NCBI RefSeq assembly: GCF_037042905.1
Contig: NC_087251.1
Location: 23,684,001 to 23,748,000 of the forward strand
Direction of reading: 5' to 3'
Source of the DNA: Lytechinus pictus
Taxonomy: Eukaryota
DNA length: 64,000 nucleotides
Positions 62,719-64,000 of the stretch are shown here, piece after piece. The notes below the pieces were generated by a model. It did not search any database. It was not told where the DNA came from and worked only from the letters and a program-made list of their open reading frames with translations. Positions within the stretch are counted from its first letter, which is position 1. Every line of letters begins with the position of its first letter. Both the position numbers and the translations under genes were made by a program.

Positions 62719-64000
62719 GATGATCTCGTGCCGTCCACGGGCGCGGGCGTGGTATAAAAAAGGCGTACCGCTGTGGCTAGCTCGATCACAAAATTTTCCG
62801 GTACCGGTACCGGGCCCGGTATCCGTGTATCATATCGATAGCTAGCTGACGTCGACGTGTCTTGCTATGCTCGGCTAGCTACCGGTACCGACAAGGCCAG
62901 GCGACACAGTCAACATCACTCTAACTGTAACTGTAACTGTAAGATCTAGATCTACTGTAAAATCTGGAAATTGGTAATGTCCAATACGTATAAATATTTA
63001 TGTAGGCCTCATTTTTTCTTGCATAGTTATAACGTTAAACATTTCGTTTTCAGATTCCAATTCCACCGAGCTGAGAGTGAGACTGAGATCGAGAGAAGGC
63101 TGAACTGCTGAAGCATGAAGGCAGCTGAACAGTCAACATGAACAACAGTCCCACGAGCTTACTTTAGTGCGGTTTCATGATATCAGCTTTCGTTTATAAA
63201 CTTAGCTTTACTCTTTAGTTTATATTATAGTCGCGCCAGTCAATCTTTCAGTTTCTTATTATTATTACCGGATGTACTGGAAAAATGCAGAAAGCTGCAG
63301 CCAAGTTTCCAGGTCTAGCTTTCGTCCAAGCTTAATCTTCTTCCACAACTTAATCAGTTTAATTTATATTTTTCCTCAAGAAATCAGACAAGATACATAA
63401 AATACTTTATAGACAGTGAATAAACAACTATAAATATGATGGTGTGCCCTTGCCCCGGGGACCTCGACACGTCTTTCACAGTACACTGTGTTCGGGCTGC
63501 CGCAGTAAGGTGGGCCCCAAGTCTGCGCACCTAACAGTAACAATTTGAGTTGAGATTTAACATGAATTTCTTCTTATTTCACAAAATCTTTCAGTTAAAA
63601 TAATAAAAACTTAAAATAATGTTCCTTATCATGCTTATATTATTGAGAGTAAGTGTACCAAATTTCTCATTAAAAAATGAAAGAAAATATAGGATTTTCT
63701 TGAAAAAACCTCTGGCAGTCATTTTCAGATTGAAAAAAAAATGATACTCCATGTCTGCGCACTCATTCACTTTGCACACGATTCTGGGATTTTGATGAGA
63801 AAGGCTGCATTTTGAGGCCGTCACATGAAATGCCCTGAATTTATTATTTTTCCACCATTTTGAGTCGGATTTTTCAATGAATACCTGTCTATGTATTGCA
63901 TGTTTAAAGTCTCGTTGCGTATCTTCTTTTACTAGAATCGCGCAGACAAGGGGGACTGCGCAGACTTGGGGGAACTTGCCATAATTGTTCATCAAACAAA

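Noticed and set aside
63260-64000. 134-aa ORF 63591-63995 and the CCCCAAGTCTGCGCA inverted repeat
   Set aside because: No protein motif; probably part of a non-autonomous transposon cut by the window edge, and its boundaries cannot be defined.

Overview
AT-rich, intron-rich eukaryotic genomic DNA from an animal; the repeat landscape looks echinoderm/sea-urchin-like (inference only). Four spliced protein-coding genes can be built by hand: (1) a + strand type-I membrane Kelch/beta-propeller protein (7412-9385); (2) a 15-exon minus-strand hnRNP U-family gene (HNRNPUL1-like: SAP-SPRY-P-loop NTPase-RGG-QYN tail, 31161-15511); (3) EFCAB2/DRC8 (+, 41440-45485), head-to-head with the hnRNP U gene as in human 1q44; (4) ECH1 dienoyl-CoA isomerase (-, 62718-50869, ending in SKL). 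The hnRNP U locus holds the most interesting structure. Introns 3-8 each carry exactly one copy of a SNORD38/snR61-like C/D box snoRNA. Intron 9 carries three extra phase-compatible exons (23408-23258, 22870-22800, 22549-21638, then AATAAA) encoding a BEND5-like N-terminal domain, a coiled coil and a BEN-like domain. Spliced to exon 9 they predict a SAP-SPRY-BEN isoform of about 831 aa that swaps the ATPase/RGG RNA-binding half of hnRNP U for a DNA-binding module. Intron 1 of the Kelch gene has an apparent 7SL(Alu-domain)-headed SINE-like element inside a large foldback. The rest is non-autonomous DNA transposons (hAT-, Kolobok-, Tc1- and Harbinger-type MITEs), tRNA SINEs, a 5'-truncated LINE and tandem repeats. 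Domain and family assignments are from recalled motifs, not from database searches.
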